A stretch of DNA of 64,000 bases from a virus. The stretch is taken from the IMG/VR virus record IMGVR_UViG_3300026484_000436, positions 32,001-96,000 of that record. One strand, written 5' to 3'. A program made the position numbers and the translations under genes. Each line of letters begins with the position of its first letter. Positions within the stretch are counted from its first letter, which is position 1. Positions 9,769 through 19,677 of the stretch are shown here, in pieces. The notes beneath the pieces were generated by a model, which did not search any database, was not told the DNA's origin, and saw only the letters and a list, made by a program, of their open reading frames with translations.

Positions 9769-10434
9769 TTATGCTCTTTCCACAGGTTCTCTTGGTGCAT
9801 ATTTATCAATTAAATCTTTTTCATAGTTAATCATAATTGTAAATGGGAAAGCATTTGGATAATTCCCATCATCATCTTGTTCTGCCCCATCTACATATTT
9901 TACATTCAATTCAGCAAAGTGTCTTAAATCTCTTGCAATAACTTTTGCAGATTTCTCATCAACTTTTAATGCTTGGAGTGTTACTGGTGCCATAACCTCC
10001 CCATTTAACGAAACCATAACCTGATATTTAGATGTATCTGGGAAATTATATTGACCTAAATCAATAACTACTTCTCCAGAATCACTATTAAAAAGATACT
10101 CATAAGTATCTGTTTTTCTAATTACATTTATAGCATCGACTAACTTATTAACAATATCTATAACATCTAAAAATTGGTCTTCGGCATCACCTTCACCTAA
10201 AAGTTCTTTAAGTGCTTTAACTTTTGCCTTTAAATCATCTAAATCTCCACCTGCTAAATCATCAATTTGACCTTGCAAGTCGTTTAATGCATTCTCAACA
10301 TCTCCATCTAGACTATTATGTTTAGATGCTAAGTTCGTTACATTTTCATATAAATCTTTAACTGTCTGAAATACACCTTTTGAATAATCTTCAGGTGTAA
10401 GTGTTACTAAATCGTTACTTAAATCGTAAGACAT
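9769..10434 (-). CDS. Putative virion structural protein (coiled coil plus beta domain)
   Basis: AAGGA RBS and late motif at 10466-10472. Confidence 0.5.
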   Translation of the reverse strand: MSYDLSNDLVTLTPEDYSKGVFQTVKDLYENVTNLASKHNSLDGDVENALNDLQGQIDDLAGGDLDDLKAKVKALKELLGEGDAEDQFLDVIDIVNKLVDAINVIRKTDTYEYLFNSDSGEVVIDLGQYNFPDTSKYQVMVSLNGEVMAPVTLQALKVDEKSAKVIARDLRHFAELNVKYVDGAEQDDDGNYPNAFPFTIMINYEKDLIDKYAPREPVERA

Positions 10435-10475
10435 TTCTCTTTCCTTTATTTTATATTCTCATAATTATTTAACGA

Positions 10476-10898
10476 TTAAGAATCGCAACTTTTGTGATTT
10501 TCACAATCCTCGCAAGTCATTAAATCGTCATTATGAGCGTGAATAGTCGTATTGTCAAAATATGCCATAACTTCCTCTTTTTTAATTTCATAACAAGGAA
10601 ACAAATCTCTTAAATTGATATTACAATCATTTCTTTTTAAAAAATCCATTTTATTATGTATAATTTTTAAATCTGTAGATTTTATTATATCAATTTTATT
10701 TTTTAATTGGGCAATATGTTCTATAAGACCATCTATATTTGTACCATCCAATTCTGGAATTTCATCAAAAAACCTTTGTAATGGTGCTAATAAATACTTA
10801 TCATTTTCGAATAATTTTTTTGAATTTATATTTAAGGATTTTCCTGATATTGAATTGCTATCAACTTTTATTTTGTCTAAATTTGTATGTGGTAACAT
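10476..10898 (-). CDS. Fibre-anchor paralogue
   Basis: SGKSLN...LFENDKYL motif shared with neighbouring genes. Confidence 0.45.
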   Translation of the reverse strand: MLPHTNLDKIKVDSNSISGKSLNINSKKLFENDKYLLAPLQRFFDEIPELDGTNIDGLIEHIAQLKNKIDIIKSTDLKIIHNKMDFLKRNDCNINLRDLFPCYEIKKEEVMAYFDNTTIHAHNDDLMTCEDCENHKSCDS

Positions 10899-10910
10899 AA
10901 TTTTTTACCT

Positions 10911-11363
10911 TTAATCTTCAACTTTTTCAGTCGTCAAGTCCCCATCCTTTATGAATACACGATAAACATCTTCATCTTCTCTAAGGAAAAAATCATTTTG
11001 AATGGGTTGTCTATAAGTAAATTTATACCAAGCAATTTCATCAGATAACGATTTATTATTTTCGCCAGTCATTGACACATAAAAGGATCCATTTGCTAAA
11101 ACAACATCTCCCTTCTTGTATTTTTTTGTAGATGTATATATTTCAAAATTACCTTCAAAAATTCCAAGAAGAGATTTGTTTAGTTGAATAATTTTTTCTA
11201 AAAAGATTTGATTCACTAAAATTGATTTTCCTGCTCTGTTTAAATTTTTACCTGTAAATGAAGTATATAAATCTTCTTCAGAACCTTCATAAATCCAAAA
11301 ATCTGTAAATTCTGAATTTACGATTGGTAAGTTATCGTCGATTCTATCATAATTTTTATTCAT
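10911..11363 (-). CDS. Fibre-anchor paralogue with a CBM5/12-like carbohydrate-binding module
   Basis: YEGS...GKNLN motif; YTSTKKYKKGDVV...YVS...W pattern. Confidence 0.5.
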   Translation of the reverse strand: MNKNYDRIDDNLPIVNSEFTDFWIYEGSEEDLYTSFTGKNLNRAGKSILVNQIFLEKIIQLNKSLLGIFEGNFEIYTSTKKYKKGDVVLANGSFYVSMTGENNKSLSDEIAWYKFTYRQPIQNDFFLREDEDVYRVFIKDGDLTTEKVED

Positions 11364-11372
11364 TTTAAACCT

Positions 11373-11990
11373 TTATTTATAATCATTATACAAAATAGTT
11401 ATTTCCACACTTGGAATTTCATTTGTAATAGGGTTATTTATAAAGTATTTAACATTTTTTCCTTCTATCCACCAACCTGAAAATTGAGTTTCATCTATTT
11501 TTTTATTTTCAAAAAAAGGCAACCCATCCATTGAAGCACCTATCGGTGGTATTTCAAATAAAAAACTATTTATCTTACCCATAACTTTTATATTATTAGA
11601 AATAGTTTTTAATTCTATATTATCATAAATTGAAATGTTATTATAAAAATTAACTTTTTTATCTTTTTTAAATTTATAAACAATTTTTGAATACCCCACT
11701 TGTATTTTATTAGAGTCTTTTTTAAACATTTCATATAATTCCCGTTTAATTATATATTGAGGTTTAAAACAAAAATTTGCCGCAGAAATAGATTTATAGA
11801 AAAATAAATCTTTTTCCTGAAATGTTTTTAGTTCGGGGTATGGGAAGTCTATATTTTTCACTAATTTTAAGTTGAATTGATATCTATCTAATATATTATC
11901 ATAAACTTTCTTTTTTAAATTATTTATGACATCTATTAAAGATAATAATTTTTCTGAATAATTAATCTTATTTTCATCTACTAAAATCAT
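11373..11990 (-). CDS. Virion protein, paralogue of 11993..12616
   Basis: Shared IPP(I/V)G-x-S-x-x-G-x-P...FSGWWIE motif; start re-assigned to the Met after GGAG. Confidence 0.5.
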   Translation of the reverse strand: MILVDENKINYSEKLLSLIDVINNLKKKVYDNILDRYQFNLKLVKNIDFPYPELKTFQEKDLFFYKSISAANFCFKPQYIIKRELYEMFKKDSNKIQVGYSKIVYKFKKDKKVNFYNNISIYDNIELKTISNNIKVMGKINSFLFEIPPIGASMDGLPFFENKKIDETQFSGWWIEGKNVKYFINNPITNEIPSVEITILYNDYK

Positions 11991-11992
11991 TT

Positions 11993-12616
11993 TTATCTCC
12001 AAATTAGGATTTTAAATGAAATTTTATCACATTTTCCTAACCATTGTTCTTTATCTGTTTTTTTCAAAAATATCTTTATTTGATTATTTTCAATCCACCA
12101 ACCTGAAAAATTTGTAACAACTCCATTTTTATTTAGTGGGAACCCATTTAATGATATACCTACTGGTGGTATTTGGGTAATTAATCCATTATCCCCACCA
12201 TTTTTTTGAGCGCACTCATCAAGTTTCACAAGAATTTCCAAATATGATGGAGTATAATTGAGAGTAGCAAGTGTCCCATACCAGAAATCTTTAGAATTGT
12301 CATATTCAAGTTGTTTCCACTCAATTATTTCAGAAGCACTTAATGGTTTCTTTTCATTCGCTTCTAAAATACTTTTTTTAATATCATCTATTAAAGGGCT
12401 CATATAATCCTTCATCGATTGTAAAAATTCTTCATAAGAATGTCCATCAATCATAGAAGCATTTTTAGCATAATAAACAGATAATCTATTTCCATCATTA
12501 TCTGTAACTATATTACCCACATTTTTTATGTTTCTTGCTGCATAATCAAATTCTTTTAAATTGTTAAGTGAATTTTCAATATCTTCAAGTTTATTATAAA
12601 TATCTTGTATTTCCAT
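11993..12616 (-). CDS. Virion/fibre protein
   Basis: NASMIDGHS fibre-type motif; FSGWWIE; start at 12616 forms a TAATG overlap. Confidence 0.5.
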   Translation of the reverse strand: MEIQDIYNKLEDIENSLNNLKEFDYAARNIKNVGNIVTDNDGNRLSVYYAKNASMIDGHSYEEFLQSMKDYMSPLIDDIKKSILEANEKKPLSASEIIEWKQLEYDNSKDFWYGTLATLNYTPSYLEILVKLDECAQKNGGDNGLITQIPPVGISLNGFPLNKNGVVTNFSGWWIENNQIKIFLKKTDKEQWLGKCDKISFKILIWR

Positions 12617-12915
12617 TATAACTCCCATTTTTTAATAGATCCAAAATCATTGAATAATTGGATAAATTCATCACTTTTTTCTATATCAAGATTGCTAAAA
12701 TAATAATCCATTATTTTTTCGCAAGATTCTTTTGGTGTATTTTCATTTATCTTGTCAATTATTTCCACAAGATAATTCATATCGTTAAATAATTTAATAT
12801 CATTTTCAAGTAATTTTTCAAATTGTTTATTAACAGTTTCTGCTGTTAAAAAAACCTGTACAGGTTTTTTATCTTCATAAAATAAGAAGACATCTAAGTC
12901 ATTAACAAAATTCAT
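12616..12915 (-). CDS. Fibre-anchor paralogue
   Basis: GGAGG RBS before ATG 12915; FLFYE...N..FEKLLENDIKL motif. Confidence 0.5.
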   Translation of the reverse strand: MNFVNDLDVFLFYEDKKPVQVFLTAETVNKQFEKLLENDIKLFNDMNYLVEIIDKINENTPKESCEKIMDYYFSNLDIEKSDEFIQLFNDFGSIKKWEL

Positions 12916-13480
12916 ATTCTTCCTCCAAGAAAGTATTTTCACCTTGGCAAAAATCAAAAGGAACATTTTGATATAAAGATGATTCCGATATTATTGTGGC
13001 AGGATTTGTTCCATTATTATTTATATAAGGGTCTGGAAAAATACTTGGGTCATATGGCACTTTTGTTCCATCAGGTAGTAACACATATATTATTTTACCA
13101 GTCAAATCATCTTTTATATAAATTAAAGTATCTTCTGAATTAAAAGTATTTGCTTCTTTAACAATTTTATTGATAAAACATTTTCCAGAATTGTCAAGGT
13201 ACCACTTAAAATAGTTGAAAAAATCTTTTATTTTATCTAATTCATTGCCGATTATTTTAAACTCTTTTTCTATGAAATAATCGAATGTGATTCTTTCATC
13301 TTCTGCTTTTTTCATTTTTTTCTTAACAATCTCTAAATTTTCGTCAAGTATGAAATCATTTTCAAGAAGATGATTAAATTTTTCAAAATAATTTTCGTCA
13401 TTAAAAGAAGAGAATGAATTTTGGGAATTTCCTGTATAGTAAAACTCAAAATCCTCTAAATTCCATTTTAATTTTTTCAT
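12902..13480 (-). CDS. Fibre-anchor paralogue
   Basis: FYYTG...FNHLLENDFIL motif. Confidence 0.45.
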   Translation of the reverse strand: MKKLKWNLEDFEFYYTGNSQNSFSSFNDENYFEKFNHLLENDFILDENLEIVKKKMKKAEDERITFDYFIEKEFKIIGNELDKIKDFFNYFKWYLDNSGKCFINKIVKEANTFNSEDTLIYIKDDLTGKIIYVLLPDGTKVPYDPSIFPDPYINNNGTNPATIISESSLYQNVPFDFCQGENTFLEEEYEFC

Positions 13481-13489
13481 TCAAATCCT

Positions 13490-14629
13490 TTAAAATAGTT
13501 TTACAATGCTATTTACCTCATCAATTACAACCCCTAAGGTATCTATTGTTTTTATAAGTGAAGTTTTACACATACCCGGATTTTCAAAATCTGGTTCAAC
13601 ATATCTTCCTCTTTTAACATCATTTGAAATTTTTACAAAAATCCTCCCAACTAATGCTATTTCAGAAGTATATTTTTTTGTATCTCTAAAATTTTCATTT
13701 AAAAGTATAGCATAACTATCCGACACTATCCCAAGAACAGGTCCATTTGTAAAAATCGTCCCTTCTGTTTTCTTACCAACTTGAAGTAATGTCCCAGGTT
13801 CATATTTTTTATCCGTTTCATAAACTTCTGCGATATCTGCTTCTGTTCTACTATAAAAATGCCCCACAATTCTTTGTGCATTTATTTCATATATTGGATT
13901 TTCAAGTGTCCCTATTTTTGATGAATCATTTTCCGGTATTATTTTTTTAATTATAACATTTTCTGAGTTTAAAATCAACTTATTATTGGATTTTATTTCG
14001 AGATTATCATAAGGGGAATTCGAATTGAGTTCTAAAAGTAAAGTGTTTATACCATCTTCATTTTTTAATTTTAAATTACCATACACATTTGCTTCATCAT
14101 TGATATACTCAAATAAAACCCCATTTGAATTATCTTCTTTTACTTTAAATTTTGCTCCTGTACCTTCTGTATTAAATTCAATCAATTCTTCTTTAAAAAC
14201 ATAACTATCCGATATTTGAAATTCATCCGTCTGTAAAACACCAATTTTGGCATTATTTATTTTTGCGATTGTACTTGTTAATGATGTCGTTATAAGGTCA
14301 TTTGAAATAGACTTATTGGCAGTTGTATTTTCCACAATAATTTCATCGGATATGACTTTTTGTATTTCTGCTTCTGTAGATGTTATTTTTGTGATTTCAG
14401 CAGTTGATGCTTCAATATAATCTAAAAAGTTTTTTTTACTATAAATTGTGTCTATAGATAAGGTATTGTCAGAAAACACCTTTTCAATTTTTATTATTCT
14501 ATCATCAAGATTGTTTAAATCATATTCTATTTGATTTATTATTGAATTTAAAAAAGACGATGATAAAACTGTTCTTTGAGTTTTATCGTCCCCTTCATAA
14601 AATTTTGTAAGTGTTTTGTAAGGTATCAT
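13490..14629 (-). CDS. Tail fibre/spike with a C-terminal peptidase G2/IMC-like domain
   Basis: ADIAEVY...YEPGT...LGIVS...IALVGRIFVK...KRG motif. Confidence 0.6.
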   Translation of the reverse strand: MIPYKTLTKFYEGDDKTQRTVLSSSFLNSIINQIEYDLNNLDDRIIKIEKVFSDNTLSIDTIYSKKNFLDYIEASTAEITKITSTEAEIQKVISDEIIVENTTANKSISNDLITTSLTSTIAKINNAKIGVLQTDEFQISDSYVFKEELIEFNTEGTGAKFKVKEDNSNGVLFEYINDEANVYGNLKLKNEDGINTLLLELNSNSPYDNLEIKSNNKLILNSENVIIKKIIPENDSSKIGTLENPIYEINAQRIVGHFYSRTEADIAEVYETDKKYEPGTLLQVGKKTEGTIFTNGPVLGIVSDSYAILLNENFRDTKKYTSEIALVGRIFVKISNDVKRGRYVEPDFENPGMCKTSLIKTIDTLGVVIDEVNSIVKLF

Positions 14630-14640
14630 TTATTTATCCT

Positions 14641-15810
14641 TTAAAGTTTCCAAAGGAGATTTACTAATGAATCTATTGCAGTATTATCATTATCTGAAAC
14701 AGAAACAGTTATTTTCGTAATGTTTTCATCGTCATCTTTTGAAAATTGTAAAAAAACATTTTTTGGACTATCGTCAATTATGCCTGTTAAAATCATAAAT
14801 GAAGTAGTTTCCAATTTATCAGTATCTATATTTATATCCATAATTCCTGCATCATCTCCACTAAAAGAAATTGCCGTATCATCAATTTTTTCACTTTTAA
14901 AAATGACTTTGCACTTGTCTTTATCGCTGGTATCTATAAAAAATTGAATTTCTCCTGTAATGGGTTCTATTTTTGAATGATTTATATCTATTGATGTATC
15001 ATCATTATATAAAACATTGTCTTTAATTATGGCATTATATTTTTTTTCTATAAGATTTTCAGAATCAGTTTTCATAAAACCATCTTCATAAATAACATTT
15101 TTATCTAAATCTAATAAAGTATCATCATTATTTTTTAAAACATTATCATCAATAATAACATTTTTATCAAGTTCTAAAATAACTTTATCATTTACAATTA
15201 AATTGTTATCATTTTTAATGACATTTTTATCCAGATCTAATAAAGTATCATCATTATTTTTTAAAACATTATCATCAATAATAACATTATCTTTAACAAT
15301 TTTGTAAAATTCATTTCCATCTTCATCAAGCATATAAATATAATTATCATCATTTATATATAAATTTATATTTTTTTGGGCATTTTCATTTATTTTATTT
15401 ATTTCAAGTTTTATATTTCCATCATTATCAACTAAATTATCCCCATCTAATTTGGCATTATTTGGAATTATTATTTCATTTACTACATCGTTTCCATCAT
15501 CATCAATGGTTATAAACGACACATTTCCCGTATCTTCATCAAGGTATAAATTGATGTATTTTTTTATTTCTTCTGGATAAGTATTGAAATCCACAATAAT
15601 ATCATTAGAAGTTTGTAATACATTATCAACTATTTTTCCAATCCTTTTTAAATCATCCAATGAAGGGTATAAAGACCCTAAATCAAAAGTTGTTTGGATT
15701 AAAGGGGCCAAATCAAAATAATTTTCGTTTTTTGAAGTCTTTATTTCATCCGCTTCTATTTTACCTTTTTTCTCATAATCAGGTTTTGCGAATCTACTAT
15801 TTATACTCAT
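14641..15810 (-). CDS. Beta-repeat virion protein
   Basis: NVIIDDNVLKNNDDTLLDLDKNVI duplicated (DNA repeat near 15109 and 15236). Confidence 0.5.
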   Translation of the reverse strand: MSINSRFAKPDYEKKGKIEADEIKTSKNENYFDLAPLIQTTFDLGSLYPSLDDLKRIGKIVDNVLQTSNDIIVDFNTYPEEIKKYINLYLDEDTGNVSFITIDDDGNDVVNEIIIPNNAKLDGDNLVDNDGNIKLEINKINENAQKNINLYINDDNYIYMLDEDGNEFYKIVKDNVIIDDNVLKNNDDTLLDLDKNVIKNDNNLIVNDKVILELDKNVIIDDNVLKNNDDTLLDLDKNVIYEDGFMKTDSENLIEKKYNAIIKDNVLYNDDTSIDINHSKIEPITGEIQFFIDTSDKDKCKVIFKSEKIDDTAISFSGDDAGIMDINIDTDKLETTSFMILTGIIDDSPKNVFLQFSKDDDENITKITVSVSDNDNTAIDSLVNLLWKL

Positions 15811-15821
15811 TTTAAAACTCC

Positions 15822-16910
15822 TTAAATTTTTACAAGAACTTCATCAGTTCCATTTTCAAGTGCTACACCAATAAGTCTTAAATTTTCAGGCATTGTCAAG
15901 ATATTATCAATTGCTTTACCTTTTCCATTTGAATCAGCAATAATATATTGTCCTTTTTTCGCTTCACCTATGATTTTAACTTTTACTTTTCCTTTTAGTG
16001 CAATAAGTGCTGGATTATCATAATTTCCTTTACCAAGGATTGTCCCAGGTTTTTCAGAAATTACACCTAAAAGTTTTCCACCATTATATAAAGTCCCATT
16101 GACATTAAGATTTTCAGCAACTTCCAAGATTGTACCAACTTCATACTTTTCATCAGCAGAATAGTACTCAGCAATATCCTCTCCTACAGTTTTAAAATCT
16201 CCTGCCATAACAGTTGAATTATCAACTTCTCCATCTGCATAAAATAAAAAAGTGTTAGGTGTGTCGCCATCGTTTGAATCATCATAAACAATCGCATCTT
16301 GTAAATCTTGACTTCCAAAATTATAATACGATTTTAAAGCATAAAATGCACCCGTTCTGATAAAAGAATTATCATAGTTATCTCCAACTTTAAAGTCTAA
16401 ATAATCTACTTTTTCTTCATCAACTGTATCTTCAATAACTTCAAGTTTAGAGTCAATATCATTAAATTTTATTTCTTCTACATTTAAAGTATGTATTTTT
16501 AATTTTTTAAGATTCCCATCGTCATCTTTTAAAGTCATAGTTTCATCATTATAATCTAGATTTAAACCATTTAATTTTATTTTTATTGTATCGATTTTAT
16601 AAGAATCTATAATAATCTTATTTTCATCGTCTTTATTCCTTAAAGTGATTTTTTCACTGCCACTTTTTAAAATAGCGCCATTAAAATTAAAGGTTCCAGA
16701 CACATCAAAATCATTAGTTTTTAAGTGTGAAGCAGTTGAGTTGCCACTCTCAAAATCTTTAATTGTTTGGTCTAATTTTTCATCGTTTTTTTCTAATTGT
16801 TTTAAGGGTAAATTCAGGTTCGTCCCATTAAAAGGTGTATATCTGTCAGGGTCTGAACCTTCATACCACAAAAACATATTATCTTGTGTGTAAGGTATAT
16901 AATTTGCCAT
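15822..16910 (-). CDS. Tail fibre/spike with N-terminal anchor motif and C-terminal peptidase G2/IMC-like domain
   Basis: WYEGS...NGTNLN...LEKNDEKL at the N-terminus; DIAEYY...YEVGT...GVIS...IALKGKVKVK...KKG at the C-terminus. Confidence 0.6.
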   Translation of the reverse strand: MANYIPYTQDNMFLWYEGSDPDRYTPFNGTNLNLPLKQLEKNDEKLDQTIKDFESGNSTASHLKTNDFDVSGTFNFNGAILKSGSEKITLRNKDDENKIIIDSYKIDTIKIKLNGLNLDYNDETMTLKDDDGNLKKLKIHTLNVEEIKFNDIDSKLEVIEDTVDEEKVDYLDFKVGDNYDNSFIRTGAFYALKSYYNFGSQDLQDAIVYDDSNDGDTPNTFLFYADGEVDNSTVMAGDFKTVGEDIAEYYSADEKYEVGTILEVAENLNVNGTLYNGGKLLGVISEKPGTILGKGNYDNPALIALKGKVKVKIIGEAKKGQYIIADSNGKGKAIDNILTMPENLRLIGVALENGTDEVLVKI

Positions 16911-16924
16911 TTTAATCCTTTTTC

Positions 16925-17479
16925 TTATTTATCGCAAGTTTTCTTAAAATAAATTGTCCAACTAAATTTTAGTTTCATTTCATAGTTTTTGTATATTGCT
17001 GCTCTCGTTTTTCTTGAAAACATTATATTTTTGTCATCCTTATCGTCATTACCTGTATTTTTATAAACACTTTCTGATAATAGACCATATTCTGTAATAA
17101 GTTGTTCTCCATTTGAACCATTACATTCGTCTTTTTCAAGGACGATTGAAAAAGTTACACCATAACCACCCACATCTTCGTAAGTTTCAACATCAATTTC
17201 TTTTCTAAAAACTTCATTTTCTAATTCGTAGTCATTACAACTTGGTGGTCTAACATTTTTTAAATCATCGTTCTCATCAAGATTCATATCACCCAATACT
17301 ATATATTTAATACCTTTTATGTCTTCGCCTGCCATAAATCTACTAAATAAATAACCACTATCTGAAACGATTAAGTTTTTTTCTTGAAAAATTGTTTCAA
17401 TTACATTGTCTTCATCGTCAAGTCTTTCACACTTGACAATACCCATCATATTCTTTTTAGTAAATATATCTAAAAGCAT
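16925..17479 (-). CDS. Baseplate/tail-collar fibre-attachment protein
   Basis: NLIV..G, YIVLG, LENEVFRK, TEYGL, MFSRK, WTI motifs; start re-assigned to ATG 17479. Confidence 0.55.
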   Translation of the reverse strand: MLLDIFTKKNMMGIVKCERLDDEDNVIETIFQEKNLIVSDSGYLFSRFMAGEDIKGIKYIVLGDMNLDENDDLKNVRPPSCNDYELENEVFRKEIDVETYEDVGGYGVTFSIVLEKDECNGSNGEQLITEYGLLSESVYKNTGNDDKDDKNIMFSRKTRAAIYKNYEMKLKFSWTIYFKKTCDK

Positions 17480-17535
17480 CTTTGTTCCTTTAAAATTACT
17501 TTTATTTATATTTAATAAAAACCACAAAAGAATTT

Positions 17536-19668
17536 TTATTCTTTTGTGAAAAATTTCCTAACAACTATTTGGGCATTTCCTTTACCTACAAAATACTGCT
17601 CCTTGAGATTCATAACATATTTTTCATCATCAATTAAAATATCGTTACCACCTATTTTCCAAGTTTTACCTTGATTTTTATATTCATCTTTTATTAACCA
17701 TTCTCCTGAAAACATATAAGTACCTGGAGGTTCTTCGGAATCTTTGATATAATCTTCTGCATCATCTCTATTTGATATATCACTTGTATTATTCACATAT
17801 CTAAAAGTGTCTTTTTCAACTAACTGAAATACTTTATTTTCATAAAAAGATTTATTTTCATACTTTTTTATATAAACGACATCTTTCTTATTTTTTAGTT
17901 TTAATGAGAAATGAGAACTCATTCCGCAAAATACTTCCACAAGGATATTTTTTGATTTATCAAGACAAGTCTTTCCAACAACTAATTCATTATAGTTATA
18001 ATCGCCAAAATCATTAGACCCATATACCTTAATATCCTCTTTTTTATTATCAACAGTACCACTTGTATTTAAGTTAGAGTTTTTAACCATTTGCACATCT
18101 ACTCCAACCTTCGTATCATAAGGATTGAAATATCCATCGGAAAAAATTGCCAACTCTTCTGAATTAGATTTATTAAAGTTATAAATTTCATTGAAGTTTA
18201 AGTCTGTTTCAATTGCTGTTTCTTCTATATTTTTTTGTTTATACACATCTTTTACATCTAATTCTAAATCTACATCAAATTCAATTTCTGGAGAAATAAT
18301 ATATTCAGATACCAATTTAGATGATAAGTTTTCAAAATACTTATTTAAGAAAAATGGCATTCTTTCTTCTAAAATTTTGTTTAAAGTGCCTAAATTTTGT
18401 CTAAAATCCATAACCGATTTTTCGTCGTTCAAATCAAGTACAACATCATAGTCTATATAGCATTCTTTTGAAGAACCTTCAAGTTTTAAAGCACTTGACT
18501 TAATTTCATCACCTGGTATTTTAAAACTCTTAGCATTTGAAATTTTAAAGTTCCTATCATTATTTATTTTTAATGTTACTTCTCTAAAATCAAAACCTTT
18601 TATATCTTGAAGATGTTTAAGGTATTTTTTAACATCATCAAGTATTTCTATTCTTCTATTGACTAATTTATCCACATAGTAACCATTTAAAGACATATAA
18701 ATATCGTTTTCAATGGTATTATTTACAAAATATAATCCTGCATATTCATTCCCATCTAATTCAAAATTCATACATCTATCTAAAGCAACTTTTTCCCAAT
18801 CAACCCTAATATATTTGTCAATCTCTTCGGTTATAACACATTTGAAATCATTTTTAAATTTTTGATAAAGATTATAGTTAGTATTAAACACTTCCATAAT
18901 CTCATAATAATTATCTATATTATAGTTAAAAAAGTAATTCAAAAAATTAGTATATTTAGTATTTTCATCTCTAAATGTTATCTTTTCAAAAATATTTGCT
19001 TTACTTATTAAATTTATATCCCTATACGAACCTTTCATTTCTAGATATGAATCAAGTATTTCAGGTTCTAAGATATTATAATAATTATCAAGTGTTCCAG
19101 GTTGGTAGTTGATAGTATATGCTTTAAATTGATAATCATTCCTGTTTATATCAAACTCTGGTAAAATGTCATTAACTTTTTTCAATAGCGATTCTGTCAT
19201 CGAAAATATATTTATAGGTATAGTTTCTGTATATTCTTTAATATAATCCAATTCTAATTCGACACCATTGGAAGCAGTTATCTCAAATTTTTCAACTTCA
19301 AAAAAATTAAATCCACTTATAGGTTTATAATTTTTTAAGATTACAACATTATCTTTATTATAATAAATGCTCATTAATTGACGATTTGAATACTCAAAAG
19401 AGTGCCCATTTATGATAAGAGTAAAAGAATCTTTTACATTCCTATTTAGGAGGGAAATACTGATAAAACCTTCATTTTTGCCTAAAAATCTTTTAAGTGA
19501 TGAATTATAAAATCCATCATTTTGTTTTTCAAATCTTAAATTATTCTTAAAATTTACAATTTTTTTAGATTTATTTTTATAAGATGTTAAAAATTCGGGA
19601 GATTTGTATGACCTCCCGAATTTTTTTAAGTTTTCAAATTTTACTCTCCAATCGATGTTTAAATTCAT
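17536..19668 (-). CDS. Large baseplate wedge protein (gp7-like position)
   Basis: Synteny: immediately after the gp6-like gene. Confidence 0.4.
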   Translation of the reverse strand: MNLNIDWRVKFENLKKFGRSYKSPEFLTSYKNKSKKIVNFKNNLRFEKQNDGFYNSSLKRFLGKNEGFISISLLNRNVKDSFTLIINGHSFEYSNRQLMSIYYNKDNVVILKNYKPISGFNFFEVEKFEITASNGVELELDYIKEYTETIPINIFSMTESLLKKVNDILPEFDINRNDYQFKAYTINYQPGTLDNYYNILEPEILDSYLEMKGSYRDINLISKANIFEKITFRDENTKYTNFLNYFFNYNIDNYYEIMEVFNTNYNLYQKFKNDFKCVITEEIDKYIRVDWEKVALDRCMNFELDGNEYAGLYFVNNTIENDIYMSLNGYYVDKLVNRRIEILDDVKKYLKHLQDIKGFDFREVTLKINNDRNFKISNAKSFKIPGDEIKSSALKLEGSSKECYIDYDVVLDLNDEKSVMDFRQNLGTLNKILEERMPFFLNKYFENLSSKLVSEYIISPEIEFDVDLELDVKDVYKQKNIEETAIETDLNFNEIYNFNKSNSEELAIFSDGYFNPYDTKVGVDVQMVKNSNLNTSGTVDNKKEDIKVYGSNDFGDYNYNELVVGKTCLDKSKNILVEVFCGMSSHFSLKLKNKKDVVYIKKYENKSFYENKVFQLVEKDTFRYVNNTSDISNRDDAEDYIKDSEEPPGTYMFSGEWLIKDEYKNQGKTWKIGGNDILIDDEKYVMNLKEQYFVGKGNAQIVVRKFFTKE

Positions 19669-19677
19669 AACATTCCT

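Noticed and set aside
15109-15290. Duplicated segment of about 54 bp as a diversity-generating retroelement TR/VR pair
   Set aside because: The copies are essentially identical and in frame within one gene, with no adenine-specific variation and no reverse transcriptase in the window
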